Origin: an uncultured delta proteobacterium
GTDB taxonomy: Bacteria > Desulfobacterota > Binatia > UBA9968
Direction: 5' to 3'
DNA: 64,000 nucleotides
Assembly (NCBI GenBank): GCA_963760795.1
Contig: CAVXEP010000032.1
Location: 224,001-288,000 of the forward strand
In this document: piece by piece, positions 29,150-41,362 of the stretch
Layout of the letters: every line of letters begins with the position of its first letter
Numbering within the stretch: position 1 is the first letter of the stretch
The notes under the pieces: model-generated
The model's input: the letters and a program-made list of their open reading frames with translations, nothing else
What the model was told of the DNA's origin: nothing
The model's database searches: none
Made by a program: the position numbers and the translations under genes

Positions 29150-29467
29150 ATGGCGACTTATGTTTCGCTGGTAAACTTTACCGAAGAAGGCGCGCGTCAT
29201 ATCCGCCACACCACCGAGCGCGCCAAAGGGCTAGTCAATGCGGCGGCTAATCTTGGCATCAAGATCAAAGATATTTACTGGACCATGGGCGTATTTGACG
29301 CGGTGTTTACCGCCGATGCGCCGGACGATGAGACGATGACGGCGTTCGCCATAAGCATGGCGTCTCTCGGTAATATCCGCACGCAGACCCTGAGAGCCTT
29401 TTCCGTTAGTGAAATGAGCAAGATTGTCGCAATGCTTCCGGCAACCGATGTGACTGCGACCAAATGA
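29150..29467 (+). CDS. GYD domain protein
   Basis: YVSLVNFTEEG...YWTMGVFD...GNIRTQTLRAF. Confidence 0.88.
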   Translation: MATYVSLVNFTEEGARHIRHTTERAKGLVNAAANLGIKIKDIYWTMGVFDAVFTADAPDDETMTAFAISMASLGNIRTQTLRAFSVSEMSKIVAMLPATDVTATK

Positions 29468-29500
29468 AGGCTTAACAACCGGTCAGAGGAGGTCTTGAGT

Positions 29501-31292
29501 ATGGCGAAAGTCGATCTTTCCATCGCAATTGGCGGCGCAGCCGGCCAGGGCATCGCCACGCCCGGCGATATCCTGGCGCGCATCTTCGTGCGCCGCGGGT
29601 TGCATCTAAACGCCTACAACGCCTATCAGTCGATTGTGCGCGGCGGTCATATTTTTCTCACCCTGCGCACCAGCGACGCGCCGGTGCTGAGCTTCGGCGA
29701 CAAGCTCGATGTTTTAATCGCGCTCAATCAAGATACCATGAATCGCCATCTCGGCTTGATGACGCCGGGCTCTTCGGTGCTTTACAACAAGGACAAGATC
29801 AAACCTGGACGCTGCTCGGCCGGGCGTCCAGCTTTGCGGTTTCTCGGTGAAGGAACTGGCGCCGGCGGTCCGAGGCGATTTGGTGCAGAATACCATTGCG
29901 TTGGCCGCGGTGCTGCAGTTGATCGGCGTCGAATTTAAAATTCTCGAAGAGATACTCACCTTGCAGTTCAAGCGAAAGGGCGACGCGGTGGTCGCCGAAA
30001 ACGTCGGCGTGGCGCGCGCCGGTTACGATTACGCCGCGGCGCAATTCAAGTCCTTGCCGGTCACGCTGCCGGATACCGGCAAAAGACTTGCGTTCTTCGA
30101 AGGCAACCAGGCGTTGGCCATGGGCGGCGCGGCGGCGGGAGTTCGATTTTACTGCGCCTATCCGATGAGCCCGGCCTCCGGCGTGTTGCACTGGATGGCG
30201 CGCCACGCGCGCCAATTGGACATCATGGTGCGCCAAGTGGAGGACGAGATCGGTGTCATCAATATGGCCATCGGCGCCGCCCACGCCGGCTGCCGCGCCA
30301 TGTGCGCGACCTCAGGTGGCGGGTTCGCTTTGATGACCGAGGGACTGGGCGCCGCGGCGATGATGGAAATCCCCGTTGTCTGTATCAACGTGCAGCGCGC
30401 CGGGCCGGCCACCGGCGTGCCGACGAAAACCGAGCAGGGCGATTTGTGGCAAGTGTTGGGTGCGGGGCAAGGAGATTATCCGCGCATCATCGTGGCGCCG
30501 ACAACGATCCCGGATTGTTTCAAAACGGTACCGAAACTTTTTAACCTAGTCGATAAGTTTCAGTGCCCCGGTATCATCTTGTCGGATTTACTTCTCTCCG
30601 AGGGCAGATCGAGCGTCGACCCGGCGGAGTTGGATTTCAATGTAGCGATCGAGCGCGGTGAGGTGATCGGCCTAAACGGCGCGACGCCGCCGCTCAACGG
30701 CGGCTACAAACGTTATGAGATCAACGACAGCGGCATCTCGCCGCGCGCGCTGCCGGGCACGCTGGGGTTCGAGCATGTGGTCGCCACCGACGATCACGAT
30801 GAAGACGGCGTGCTGATCAGCGACGAGTACACCAATCCGCACAAGCGCCAGGCGATGCATGAGAAGCGCATGCGCAAGATGGATTCGATTCTGCCGCTGC
30901 TCGACGCGCCCAAGCTCTGGGGCGCCGCTGACGCGCAAGTCACGCTGGTCGGCTGGGGCTCCACCGAAGGGGTCGTCCAGGAGGCGATCCAGAAGCTGGC
31001 CGACGAGGAAGGCATCGCCGCCAATCAGCTGCAGATCAAATGGCTCGTGCCGTTACATGGCGAAGCGATCGTTTCGACTCTGGCAAAGAGCAAGAAAACC
31101 ATCATCGTCGAGAACAACTATAGCGGCCAGTTCGCGCGTTATTTACGGTCGGAGACCGGCATCGTCGCCGACGGTCATATTCGCAAATATGACGGCGAAC
31201 CGTTCATGCCTCATCATATTGTCGATGGTGTGAAAGCGATCTTGGCCGGCGGAACGAAACAATATGTGCCGGTGCATGAAATTATGGTCTAA
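29501..31292 (+). CDS. 2-oxoacid:acceptor oxidoreductase alpha subunit (gamma-alpha fusion); one frameshift near 29815
   Basis: IGGAAGQG, YQSIVRGGH, GNQALAMG, YPMSP, QVEDE, ATSGGGF, QRAGPATG. Confidence 0.9.
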
Positions 31293-31379
31293 CAAATCCT
31301 TGTTTCGAGTCTCGTGTTCCGGGTTTCGGGTTGAACTCGAAACGCAAAACTCGTAACCCGAAATAATCAAAAGGAGCGA

Positions 31380-32313
31380 ATGATGACATTATCTACGGTC
31401 GAACTTGAATCTAAGGCTTCTGTGCCGCCGCGGGCGAACATGCCGTTGACGGTCAAGGATTTTAAAGGCAAGGCCGAACCGGATTGGTGCCCGGGCTGCG
31501 GCGACTTTGGCGTGCTCGTCGCGTTAAAGCAGGCGCTCGTGGAGCTGGGTATTCGTCCGCACCAGGCGATGGTGATCAGCGGTATTGGCTGCTCTTCGAA
31601 CCTGCCCGGTTACATGAGCACCTACGGCATGCATACTTTGCACGGCCGCGCGCTGTCAGTCGCCACCGGCGCGCAGATGGCCAATCACGAGCTGAAAATC
31701 ATCGTCACCGGCGGCGACGGCGATGGCTACGGCATCGGCGGCAATCATTTCGTTCACTCGATGCGGCGCAACGTCGATCTCACTTATATCGTGATGAACA
31801 ATCAAGTTTATGGGCTGACGACCGGCCAGATCTCGCCGACCAGCACCAAGGGAATGAAAACCAAGAGCACGCCGGCGGGCAGCGTGGAGAATCCGCTTAA
31901 TCCGATCCCGCTGGCGATCGCCGCCGGCGCGACCTACGTCGCCAGGGCGTACACTGGGCAGGTGAAACATATGGTCGAGCTCATCAAGGGCGGCATTCAA
32001 CACCGAGGCTTCTCGCTGATCGATGCCTTCAGTCCTTGCGTAACCTTCAATCTCGAAAACGATCACGATTTTTTCAAACAGCGCACGTTCAAGCTGGAGG
32101 ATAAGAAGCATGATCCGACCGACTTCGCCGCCGCCATGAAGTATGGTTACGATTGGGGCGATGAGATCGCCATCGGTTTGTTCTGGAAACGCGACGATCT
32201 GCCCGCCTTGGATCAGCTCGAGCCCGTGCTCGACGAAGGCGGTCCGCTGGCGCGCCGCTCCCTCGGAATTTCTCCGGATGTCGGCAAAATCGTTGATTCG
32301 AGAGTTGATGTAA
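31380..32313 (+). CDS. 2-oxoacid:ferredoxin oxidoreductase beta subunit; likely extra A near 32288, true end KSLIRELM*
   Basis: WCPGCGD, SGIGCS, HGR, GGDGD TPP motif, YGLTTGQ, SPCVTF. Confidence 0.9.
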
Positions 32314-32624
32314 CGGACCGCGTCCGTCATACCGTTGAAGAACGGTATCCAGATTCTGGGGATGGACCCCGGTTTTCACCGGGGTGACGGTCAGTTCGGA
32401 ATGACTGAATTAAGATTCGATCTTTAGTTCACGAATTCAGCGCCCTTTGGAATAGAGCCAACGGACTTTAGTTTGCCCTCGGTTTACCCGCATCGGTACG
32501 GGGCAGGTTTCAAACCTGCCCTACGAAGATCCGCGCACCTCAACTTAGTCTCGCTTCCCACATAGTTGGCATCCCGCTATCGCCTCGTGATACTCCTGAA
32601 ACAAAAATTTACGGGAGCGATCAC

Positions 32625-33734
32625 ATGAAAGATGGTTTTAAGATTCTCGATTCCGACATGCACCTGCGCGAGCCGGGGAATCTGTGGGACAAGTACATGG
32701 AGCCCGAGTGGCGCGAGCGGGCGCCGAAGATTTTAAGCTCGACGGCGCGCAGCTCGGCGATGGTGATGATCGAGGGCAAGATACTTCAAGGTTACAAGCC
32801 GGCTTATCGCGGCGGTATTTTCGACGCCACGCGCATCGACGAGGAGATCAAAGACTACCGGGCCAACGGTTTCGATGCCAAGAGCCAGCTTCAAGCCATG
32901 GACCGCGAAGGACTCGATGTCGCGGCGCTGTATCCATCCATCGGATTGGGCATCATGATGCGCGACGAAATGGATCCTAAACTGGCCGCGGCCATCGCGC
33001 GGGCTTATAACAATTGGCTTTACGATTTCTGCCAGACCGATCCCAAGCGGTTGAAAGGCGTCGGCATGTTGCCGCTGCAAGATCCCAACGAGGCGGTGAA
33101 GGAAGCCCAGCGCGCCGTCGGCAAGCTGGGCTTTGTCGGCGTCTTCGCCCGGCCGGAGCCGATGCGCAATCTGCCCTGGCATTCGCGTTACTTCGATTCC
33201 GTGTGGTCGGCCTTGGAAGAGCTCGGTGTGCCCATCGGTTTTCACTCGGCGACGGCGGCCGGCGAAGTGGCGCAGATCGGCGATCGCTTCGGCGATAATT
33301 TGCTCCTGCGCCATGTGGTGTCGCATCCGTTGGAAAATATGGTGGCGATGGTCGACACCATCGGCGGTGGCGTCTGCGAGCGCCATCCAAACTTGAAGCT
33401 GGCATTTCTCGAATGTTACTGCGGCTGGGTGTCTTTCTTGCTTCACCGCATGGACAATGCCATGGCGAAGGGACGTTTCCCGACTGCGGGTAAGTTAAAG
33501 CCCAGCGAATATTTTCAGCGCCAGTGCTGGATCTCCACCGAGCATGAAAAAGAGTTGCCGATGATTATCGACTTAATCGGCGACGACAAAATCGTTTTCT
33601 CGACGGATTATCCCCACGGCGATTCGGATTTCCCCGAGGCGGTGGAAGAATTTCTTGAAATGAAAAACGTTTCGAAAGAGAGCCAGAAGAAAATTCTCTG
33701 GGACAATTGCGCGGCGCTGTATAACTTAACGTGA
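32625..33734 (+). CDS. Amidohydrolase_2 family protein
   Basis: DSDMH, AYNNWL, FH, STDYPHGD, ILWDNCA. Confidence 0.92.
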   Translation: MKDGFKILDSDMHLREPGNLWDKYMEPEWRERAPKILSSTARSSAMVMIEGKILQGYKPAYRGGIFDATRIDEEIKDYRANGFDAKSQLQAMDREGLDVAALYPSIGLGIMMRDEMDPKLAAAIARAYNNWLYDFCQTDPKRLKGVGMLPLQDPNEAVKEAQRAVGKLGFVGVFARPEPMRNLPWHSRYFDSVWSALEELGVPIGFHSATAAGEVAQIGDRFGDNLLLRHVVSHPLENMVAMVDTIGGGVCERHPNLKLAFLECYCGWVSFLLHRMDNAMAKGRFPTAGKLKPSEYFQRQCWISTEHEKELPMIIDLIGDDKIVFSTDYPHGDSDFPEAVEEFLEMKNVSKESQKKILWDNCAALYNLT

Positions 33735-33836
33735 TCAAAGTTGGCGCGTTAAGTGGTTACGAATGACAGAGTGATCAATTTTGTGATTTTCGACTTGCTC
33801 GGAATGACAACAAGGATTGGCGGGCATCGCGAACGC

Positions 33837-34893
33837 ATGAAAGTATCTCGACTTCGAAGCAAGTTTCCAAGTCATGTTCCAGATAATCAAAAATCCAAAA
33901 TGCCAAAATCCAAAATGGGTGGGGCTTTTTGCAATCGTCGTCGCGCTCACGTGTGCTGGGCGAGGGTCGACGCGCAGCAGCCGGAGAAAATCTTCCGCAT
34001 CGGTTTGCTGGATTCAAGCAATGCTTCCGGTAGGGCAGGGCTTTTGGAGGCGTTCCAGCAAGAGCTGAACAAGCTTCGATGGATTGAGGGAAAGAATATT
34101 ATCATCGAGTACCGATTTGCAGAGGGGAAACGTGAGCGCCTTCCTGATCTCGCGGCGGAGTTGGTTCGTCTTAAGGTCGATCTGATCGTGGTCGCAGGGA
34201 CGCCATCGGCGTTAGCGGCGAAGAAAGCGACTACTACCATCCCCATCGTGATGACGACCGCCGGTGACCCCGTGGGTGCAGGTTTGGTTGCCAGTCTGGC
34301 GCGGCCGGGAGGCAATGTCACGGGGTTTTCGAGTTTAGGTCGAGCTAAATACCAAACGGCTAGAGATACTGAAGGACGCAGTTCCCAAGCTCAGCCGAGT
34401 TGGACTTTTGCGTCTGTCGCAAGGCGGTATATCACACGAGCTCCAATTGAAAGATCTCAAGCCTGCGGCTCTGGCACTGAAGCTAAAATTGGAGGAGATC
34501 GAGACTCAACCCGACGCCAAAGGTTTAGCGAGCGCCTTTCAAACCGCAAAGCAAAAGCAGGTCAACGCGATGACGATGATCCCCACTGGTCCCTTTTTCG
34601 CCGAAAGAAAGCGGATCGTCGAGCTTGCCGGCAAATACCGGTTGCCGGCTATTTACCCAGACAAGGAGTTTGTCGATGAGGGCGGTTTCATGTCCTATGG
34701 GGCGGACCTCATTGACCTCTATCGGCGCACGGCTGTTTACGTGGACAAGATCTTGAAAGGCGCCAAACCGGCTGATTTGCCGGTGCAGCAGGCAACGAAG
34801 TTTGAGTTTGTCATCAATCTGAAGGCGGCGAAACAGATCGGGCTGACACTCTCGCCGGAGTTTCTCTCGCGGGCGAATCGGGTCATCAAGTAA
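33837..34893 (+). CDS. ABC_sub_bind-type substrate-binding protein, frameshifted (start uncertain)
   Basis: AQQP.KIFRIG, IEYRFAEG, SLARPGGNVTG; second frame YVDKILKGAKPADLPVQQATKFEFVINLK. Confidence 0.8.
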
Positions 34894-35015
34894 TTTTGGA
34901 TTTTAGATTGCCGATTTTGGATTGGGGGACTAGGACATGACAAAGATATTTTGGACTGGAATTCGGTGGCGTAGATCCGCTAATCTAAAATCCAAAATCG
35001 AATTGGAGGTGGACA

Positions 35016-37262
35016 TTGGCTTATCGCACCATTGGTAAAACATTACCCCGAGTCGAGGGGTACGGCAAAGTAACTGGGCAGACCAAGTACGCGGCGGATT
35101 TGCCGTTTGAAGGGCTGCTCTGGGCGAAGGTGTTGCGCGCTTCGGTGGCCCATGCGCGCATCGTCAAGGTCGATACTTCGAAGGCCAAGGCGTTGAAGGG
35201 CGTGCACGCGGTGCTTACCGGCGCGGACGTGCAAGACATCTTCGTCGGCACGCGGGTGAAAGACCAGCCGGTGTTGGCTTATGACAAGGTACGCATGGGC
35301 GGCGATGCGATCGCCGCGGTGGCGGCGGACAGCGAGGCGATTGCCGATGAGGCGATCGGTTTGATCGACGTTGACTATGAAGAGCTGCCTTACGTCGACG
35401 ATCCGGTGGAGGCGCTGAAGCCGAGCGCGCCGCTGATCCACGAGGATCGCAACAAATATAAAAACACGCCGAAGCTGCCGGAAGGGATGTCCGGCCATAA
35501 TCTGCAATCCTACGTGCGCTGGAAGAACGGCGATGTCGAGGCCGGCTTCGCTCAGGCGGCGCGGGTTTTCGAGCACACCTTTCGCACGCCGCTGTCGCAT
35601 CATGGCTACATCGAGCCGTGCGCCTGCACGGTGCAGGTTCACGCCAATGGTCAGGTTGAAGTCTGGGCGTCGAACAAGGGGCCTTGGGGCTTGCGCGAGC
35701 AGATGGCCGAAGACTTCGGCGTGCCGCAGGAGAAGATCAAAGTTCACATCGTCCACGTCGGCGGCGATTTCGGCGCCAAGGCGTCGTTGATCGACGTGCC
35801 GATCGCTTATTACTTAGCCAAAGCTGTCGGCGGCAGGCCGGTCAAGTTAGTGCTCGACTACAACGAGGAAATCTTGATCGGCGGCCATCGCCATCCGTCT
35901 GTAATCACGGTGAAGACCGGTGTCGCCGCGGATGGCACGCTGCTGGCGGTGAAAAGCGATATTTACTTCAGCGGCGGCGCTTACGGATCGCAGAAGGCCA
36001 ATCCGCAAGTCACCGTGCTTGGCGGGCGGCGTTTGGCGAGCATGTATCGCTGTCCGGCCATCGATGTGCAGACTTTCTGTTCGTACACCAATCAAGTGCC
36101 TTGCACCCAGACGCGCACGCCGGGGAGTCCGCAAGTCGTCTTCGCCTTCGAATCGCAGATGGACATTATCGCCAAGGAGATGGGCATCGATGCCCTGGAG
36201 CTGCGGCGCAAGAATATTTTGCACGACGGCGACGCCAATCCCATGGGCGAAAAGTGGAATCACATCCTCATGGGCGAAGTGCTGGAGCGCATCGTCAAAA
36301 CTTCCGGTTGGAAAAAAGGCGGCGCCAAGAAGAATCGCGGCTGGGGCATGGCGCTCTACGATCGCGGCACGCCGGAAGGCAAGGCGAGCTCGGCGTTGAC
36401 GCTTGAGGCCGACGGCCGAGTGAATATTCTCACCGGCGTGCCCGACGTCGGACCGGGCTATTACACCGTCAGCCAGCAGATGGTTTGCGAGGCGCTCGGC
36501 TTGCCACCGGAAAAAGTCGGCGTGGTTTTCAAAGACACCGACAGCTTGCCCTTCGATCCGGGCACGGGCGGCAGCAAGCAAACCAATACTTCCGGCCACG
36601 CGGTCAACCAGTCGGCGCAGGAAGTGCGCGCCAAGTTAGTCGCCCTGGCGGCGCGCGAGTTGGGTTGCCAGGCCGAGGAGATTCAGCAACAGGGCGGCAA
36701 ACTCACGGCGCCCAACAAGCAGTCGACGACCACCGAGAAGATGATCGCGCTCGCCGTCAAAGAAAATGGCGGCCCGGTATTTCATCTGACCAACTATGTG
36801 CCGAAGGATATGCCGAAAGTCACCGGCTTCGCCGCTCAAGTGGCCGAGGTTGAAGTCGATCCGACCACCGGCGGGGTCAAGGTTTTGAATCTAACCACGG
36901 CCCACGACACCGGCACGGTGCTCAATCATCTGACGCTCACAGGGCAGATCGAGGGCGGTATCGTTACCGGCTTTGGCTTCGCCTTGATGGAAGAGAATCC
37001 GCTGGTGGACGGCAAGATCGCGACCCTGAACCTGGGCGAAGCGAAACTGCCGTGCATCGCCGACGTGCCGCCGTTGAAGACGGTCCTGGTCGAAAGCCCG
37101 ACGGGGCCGACGCCCTATGGCGGCAAGGCCATCGCCGAGAATCCCAACGTGCCGACCGCGGCGGCGATCGCCAACGCTATCGCTGATGCCTGCGGCGTGC
37201 GACTGTTCGAGCTGCCGCTCAACGCCGAGAAAATTTACTGGGCGATGAATCGGAAGAGTTAG
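35016..37262 (+). CDS. Xanthine dehydrogenase family molybdopterin-binding subunit
   Basis: KVTGQTKYAAD, YIEP, GGDFGAK, FAFESQMD, GQIEGG, GGKAIAE. Confidence 0.92.
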   Translation: MAYRTIGKTLPRVEGYGKVTGQTKYAADLPFEGLLWAKVLRASVAHARIVKVDTSKAKALKGVHAVLTGADVQDIFVGTRVKDQPVLAYDKVRMGGDAIAAVAADSEAIADEAIGLIDVDYEELPYVDDPVEALKPSAPLIHEDRNKYKNTPKLPEGMSGHNLQSYVRWKNGDVEAGFAQAARVFEHTFRTPLSHHGYIEPCACTVQVHANGQVEVWASNKGPWGLREQMAEDFGVPQEKIKVHIVHVGGDFGAKASLIDVPIAYYLAKAVGGRPVKLVLDYNEEILIGGHRHPSVITVKTGVAADGTLLAVKSDIYFSGGAYGSQKANPQVTVLGGRRLASMYRCPAIDVQTFCSYTNQVPCTQTRTPGSPQVVFAFESQMDIIAKEMGIDALELRRKNILHDGDANPMGEKWNHILMGEVLERIVKTSGWKKGGAKKNRGWGMALYDRGTPEGKASSALTLEADGRVNILTGVPDVGPGYYTVSQQMVCEALGLPPEKVGVVFKDTDSLPFDPGTGGSKQTNTSGHAVNQSAQEVRAKLVALAARELGCQAEEIQQQGGKLTAPNKQSTTTEKMIALAVKENGGPVFHLTNYVPKDMPKVTGFAAQVAEVEVDPTTGGVKVLNLTTAHDTGTVLNHLTLTGQIEGGIVTGFGFALMEENPLVDGKIATLNLGEAKLPCIADVPPLKTVLVESPTGPTPYGGKAIAENPNVPTAAAIANAIADACGVRLFELPLNAEKIYWAMNRKS

Positions 37263-37389
37263 CCACAGCTTCGACTGTTTCAGGACGATCAGGAATTCAA
37301 AGGAATGCAGAAAAGAAATCGGAGGAATTGCCGCAATGGCGTTACAAAGTTGACGGGCTGCCCTGTCATCCCGAATGTGGGTTTATTTA

Positions 37390-38560
37390 TATGAATAAGA
37401 TCGAATGGGCAAAAATCCTACTGGCGTTTTCGCTGTCGAGGCTGGTCCTGGCCATTGGCATAGCCTGGTTCATCATCGGAGAAATACGCCCGACTCTTGC
37501 CGCTGAATCAAAGTGGCAGGCCGAGTGGGATCGCACGGTGCGCGCTGCCGAGCAAGAGGGGCAGGTCAGCGTATCCATCGGCGGCTACGGCGCGCTTATC
37601 GAATTCGGCGCATTTCAGAAGGCCTATCCCAAGATCAAGGTCAATTACATCACCGGCGCGGGCACCGATATTACCCAGCGCATCGTTGCCGAGCGGCGGG
37701 CTGGCAAGTATCTGCTCGATGTCTACAACGGCGGCGGCGTCTCGCTCCACCAAACCCTCTACTTGGGCAAGATGCTCGAGCCGATCAAGCCGGCGTTGAT
37801 CCTCCCGGATGTCTTGGACCCCAGCAAGTGGTGGGAAGGCAAACATAAATACTCCGACAAAGAAGGCGAGTATGTTTTCGTCTACGAAGGCAATGTCTCG
37901 GCCGGCGCAGGCGCCGCCTTCAATACGCAGCTTCTCGATGCGCGCGAGTACAAGAGTTACTGGGATTTGTTCAATCCAAAGCTCAAGGGCAAGATCCTTT
38001 CCAGCGATATTCGCCGCGTGCGCGGCGCGGGAATTCCCTGGCAATTCCTCTACTATAGTCCTGAGATGGGGCCAAAGTTTTTGCGCCGCTTCTTCAGTGA
38101 AATGGACGTGACCATGAGCGCCGACATTCGTCAATCGGTGGATTGGTTGGGCACGGGTAAATATAGCCTGATCCTGCCGATCCAAGGTGGCCAGGTTCAT
38201 CGGGCCAAAAATCAAGGGCTGCCGGTGGAAGAATTCGAACCTTATCATTTCAAGGAAGGCGTAAACTTGTCCTCGGCTTTCGGCTCCCTGGCCCTGATGA
38301 ATCGCGCGCCCCATCCCAACGCGGCCAAGGTGTTCATCAATTGGCTGTTGTCACGCGAAGGCCAGACGCTGTTTCAGAAAATCATCAGCGTCCCCGGCGA
38401 CGCGCGCAATTCGCGGCGTATCGACGTGCCCAAGGATCATGTGCCGGCCAGCGAAACGCGCAGGGACAAGATGGCCTATTTCGATACCGACGATCCAGAT
38501 ACCAAGGATCTGGCGCCGCTCTACAAATTGCTTGACGAAGTCCTGCCGGCGAAAAAGTAG
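37390..38560 (+). CDS. Extracellular solute-binding protein (SBP_bac_6/Fe-ABC-like)
   Basis: Signal peptide, AAEQEG, YWDL..PKLKGKI, APHPNAAKVFINWLLSREGQ. Confidence 0.88.
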
Positions 38561-38569
38561 CGTGAAGCC

Positions 38570-39713
38570 ATGAGCCCAAGAATCGTTGTCTATTTGCGGA
38601 TGGTTGCCGCCTTGGCGGCGGCGCTTTGGGCGGCTGAGCCGCTACTGGCGGCGCAAAGCGAGGCTAACTGGCAGGGGCAATGGGACAAGACGGTGGCCGC
38701 GGCCAAAAAGGAAGGGCGGCTCAATTTCTACGTCGGCCGCTATGGCAGCGAGAAATTGTTGAATGAGTTTCGCAAGGAATTCCCCGAGATCAAGATCGTC
38801 AGCACCAACGGCGCCGGCAACTCGCTGGGGACGCGGATTGTCGCTGAAGCGCGCGCCGGCAGTCATGGTTGCCGATCTCTACAGCGGCGGCGCGGTGACC
38901 AACTTCGAGTTTCTTTACAAGGGCAAGGTGCTCGACTCGATCAAGTCAGCTTTAGTGTTGCCGGAAGTGCTCGACGAGTCCAAATGGTATGGCGGCAAGC
39001 ACCGCTACAACGACCCGGAACAGCAGCATGTGTTTATCTACATCGCCAATCCGACTTCGGCGAGCTTTTATTACAATACCAATATGGTCAATCCCAAGGA
39101 GTTCAAATCGTTCTGGGATTTGGCCCAGCCCAAGTGGAAAGGCAAATTCGTCTCCCAAGAGCCGACCGGAACTGGCATCGGGCCGTCGCTGCAATTTTTC
39201 TATTATCATCCGGAGCTCGGGCCGGAGTTTTTGCGCAAGCTGTTTGTCGACCAGCAGCCGGTCTATTCGAAAGACCGCCGCCAGATGACCGATTGGCTGG
39301 CCCAGGGAAAGTTCGCGTTGTGCATGGGCTGCCGGGATTCGGAGAAGGCCAACAAGCAGGGACTGCCGGTGGATGATCTGGACATGGTCGATTGGAAGGA
39401 AGGCGCGCATATTTCTTCCGGCGGCGGTTCTCTCGGTTTGATCAAAGGCGCGCCGCACCCCAACGCCGCCAAGTTGTTCATCAATTGGTTTTTGTCGCGC
39501 CGTGGCCAGATCGCCCTGCAGACCTACGAAGATCTCTATGGTGAAGACCCGCCCAACTCGCGGCGCGTCGATATTCCCAAAGACGCTCTTCCGGCTACCA
39601 GCAGGCTCGTGGAAGGGCGGCGCTACTTCGACTTCTCCGACCCCAAGCATTCCGATATGACGCCGATCTTTCAATTGACCAGGGAATTTATGAAAGGGCG
39701 TGAAGGAAAATAA
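38570..39713 (+). CDS. Extracellular solute-binding protein; frameshift near 38860
   Basis: Paralog of next gene (AAAKKEG.LNFYVGRYGSE); two frames join at RAG/VMVADLYSGG. Confidence 0.85.
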
Positions 39714-39715
39714 AC

Positions 39716-40843
39716 ATGATAGCTGTTCAGTTGATCATTCTGATTCTCGCTGCCCTTGGCTGGGTGCCGTCTGGTGTTGGCGCCGATGCCAAACCGGTCT
39801 GGCAAGCGAGTTGGGAGAAAACCGTCGCCGCGGCAAAGAAAGAGGGCAAGCTCAACTTCTACGTCGGGCGTTACGGTAGCGAGCCGTTGCTGAACGAGTT
39901 CCGCAAGGAATTTCCCGAGATCAAACTGGTCACGGTGAATGGCGCCGGTAATACGTTGGGCACGAGAATCATAACCGAGACCCGTGCCGGCCATGTGCTC
40001 GCCGATCTGTTCAGCGGTGGGGCGAATACCAATTACGAAGTGCTCTATGAAGGCAAGGCGCTCGATTCGATCAAATCGCTGTTGGTTCTTCCCGAAGTCC
40101 TCGACGAAACTAAATGGTTGGAAGGCCGGATTCGCTACACCGATCCCGAGCAGCGCCATGTGTTGATCTATATCGCTAATCCGTCGTCCTCGGGCTTTTA
40201 CTACAATACGAACTTAGCGAGTCCGAAAGAGTTCAAATCCTATTGGGATTTGGTTAATCCGAAATGGAAAGGCAAGTATGTTTCTCAGGATCCGTTGGAA
40301 ACGGGACTGGGCGCGTCGCTGCAGTTCTATTACTATCATCCCGAGTTGGGCGCCGATTACATCCGCAAGCTCTTCGGTGATATGCAGCCGGTATACGGCC
40401 GTGACCGCCGGCAGATCACCGATTGGCTGGCGCAGGGACGTTATGCCATGTGCGTCGGTTGCCGCGATACCGCCCGGGCCAAGTCGCAGGGACTGCCGGT
40501 GGACGAACTCGACAACGTCGACTGGAAAGAAGGCGTGCAGCTAACCTCCGGCGGCGGTTCCATGAGTTTCATCAAAGGCGCGCCCAATCCCAACGCGGCC
40601 AAGGTTTTCGTCAACTGGTTTCTCTCCCGCCGCGGCCAGATCGCCCTGCAAAAGTATCAGGACCTCTACGGCGAAGACGCCCCCAACTCACGCCGCACCG
40701 ATATCCCCAAAGACGTCTTAGTCCCGGTCAACCGCATGCAAGCCGGCAAACGGTATTTCGATGTCTCCGATCCCAAGTACGCCGACATGACGCCGATGTT
40801 CGATCTGCTCAAGCAGATAGTGAAGGTGAAAGAGGGGAAGTAG
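39716..40843 (+). CDS. Extracellular solute-binding protein
   Basis: Signal peptide, APNPNAAKVFVNWFLSRRGQ. Confidence 0.88.
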   Translation: MIAVQLIILILAALGWVPSGVGADAKPVWQASWEKTVAAAKKEGKLNFYVGRYGSEPLLNEFRKEFPEIKLVTVNGAGNTLGTRIITETRAGHVLADLFSGGANTNYEVLYEGKALDSIKSLLVLPEVLDETKWLEGRIRYTDPEQRHVLIYIANPSSSGFYYNTNLASPKEFKSYWDLVNPKWKGKYVSQDPLETGLGASLQFYYYHPELGADYIRKLFGDMQPVYGRDRRQITDWLAQGRYAMCVGCRDTARAKSQGLPVDELDNVDWKEGVQLTSGGGSMSFIKGAPNPNAAKVFVNWFLSRRGQIALQKYQDLYGEDAPNSRRTDIPKDVLVPVNRMQAGKRYFDVSDPKYADMTPMFDLLKQIVKVKEGK

Positions 40844-40858
40844 CCGGTCGCTAAATTC

Positions 40859-41149
40859 ATGCCGACGCAGATTCATATCTATACCATCAATCGCGGCAGT
40901 CTCGATGAGTTTGCCACCGAGTGGCGCGACAAGATCAAACCATTAAGAGAGAAGTTTGGTTTTCATGTGAGTGGCGGCTGGAAGGTGAAAGAGACCAACC
41001 AATTCGTTTTGTTTCTGAGCCGCGACACTGAGGACGATTGGGAGTCGCAGAATCAAGCGTTCTATCAGTCAGACGAACGGCATTTGCTGCAACCCGATCC
41101 TGCCCGGCATATTGCCCGGGTGGAACAGTATTTTGTCGAGGTGGTGTAG
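40859..41149 (+). CDS. NIPSNAP-like protein
   Basis: YTINRGSLDEF..EW..KIKPLR.KFGF...GW pattern. Confidence 0.7.
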   Translation: MPTQIHIYTINRGSLDEFATEWRDKIKPLREKFGFHVSGGWKVKETNQFVLFLSRDTEDDWESQNQAFYQSDERHLLQPDPARHIARVEQYFVEVV

Positions 41150-41362
41150 CTCGGTCGCAAAATACAGAAGGGCACCCCCGGGGGGTTGGCCCTACGATTC
41201 TGATTTCGCACCGTTGGTATGGCAATAGTTGGACGCGCCCGCGCATGGTGTAAACAGTTCAAATAGGTGGATCCAAGAGGCCGGGTTTAAACCACGCCCC
41301 TACAAGACTCAACTCCTTTTAACGTTTTTTGCGCCCTTGCGGTTGATTCCCAGATTCCGAAT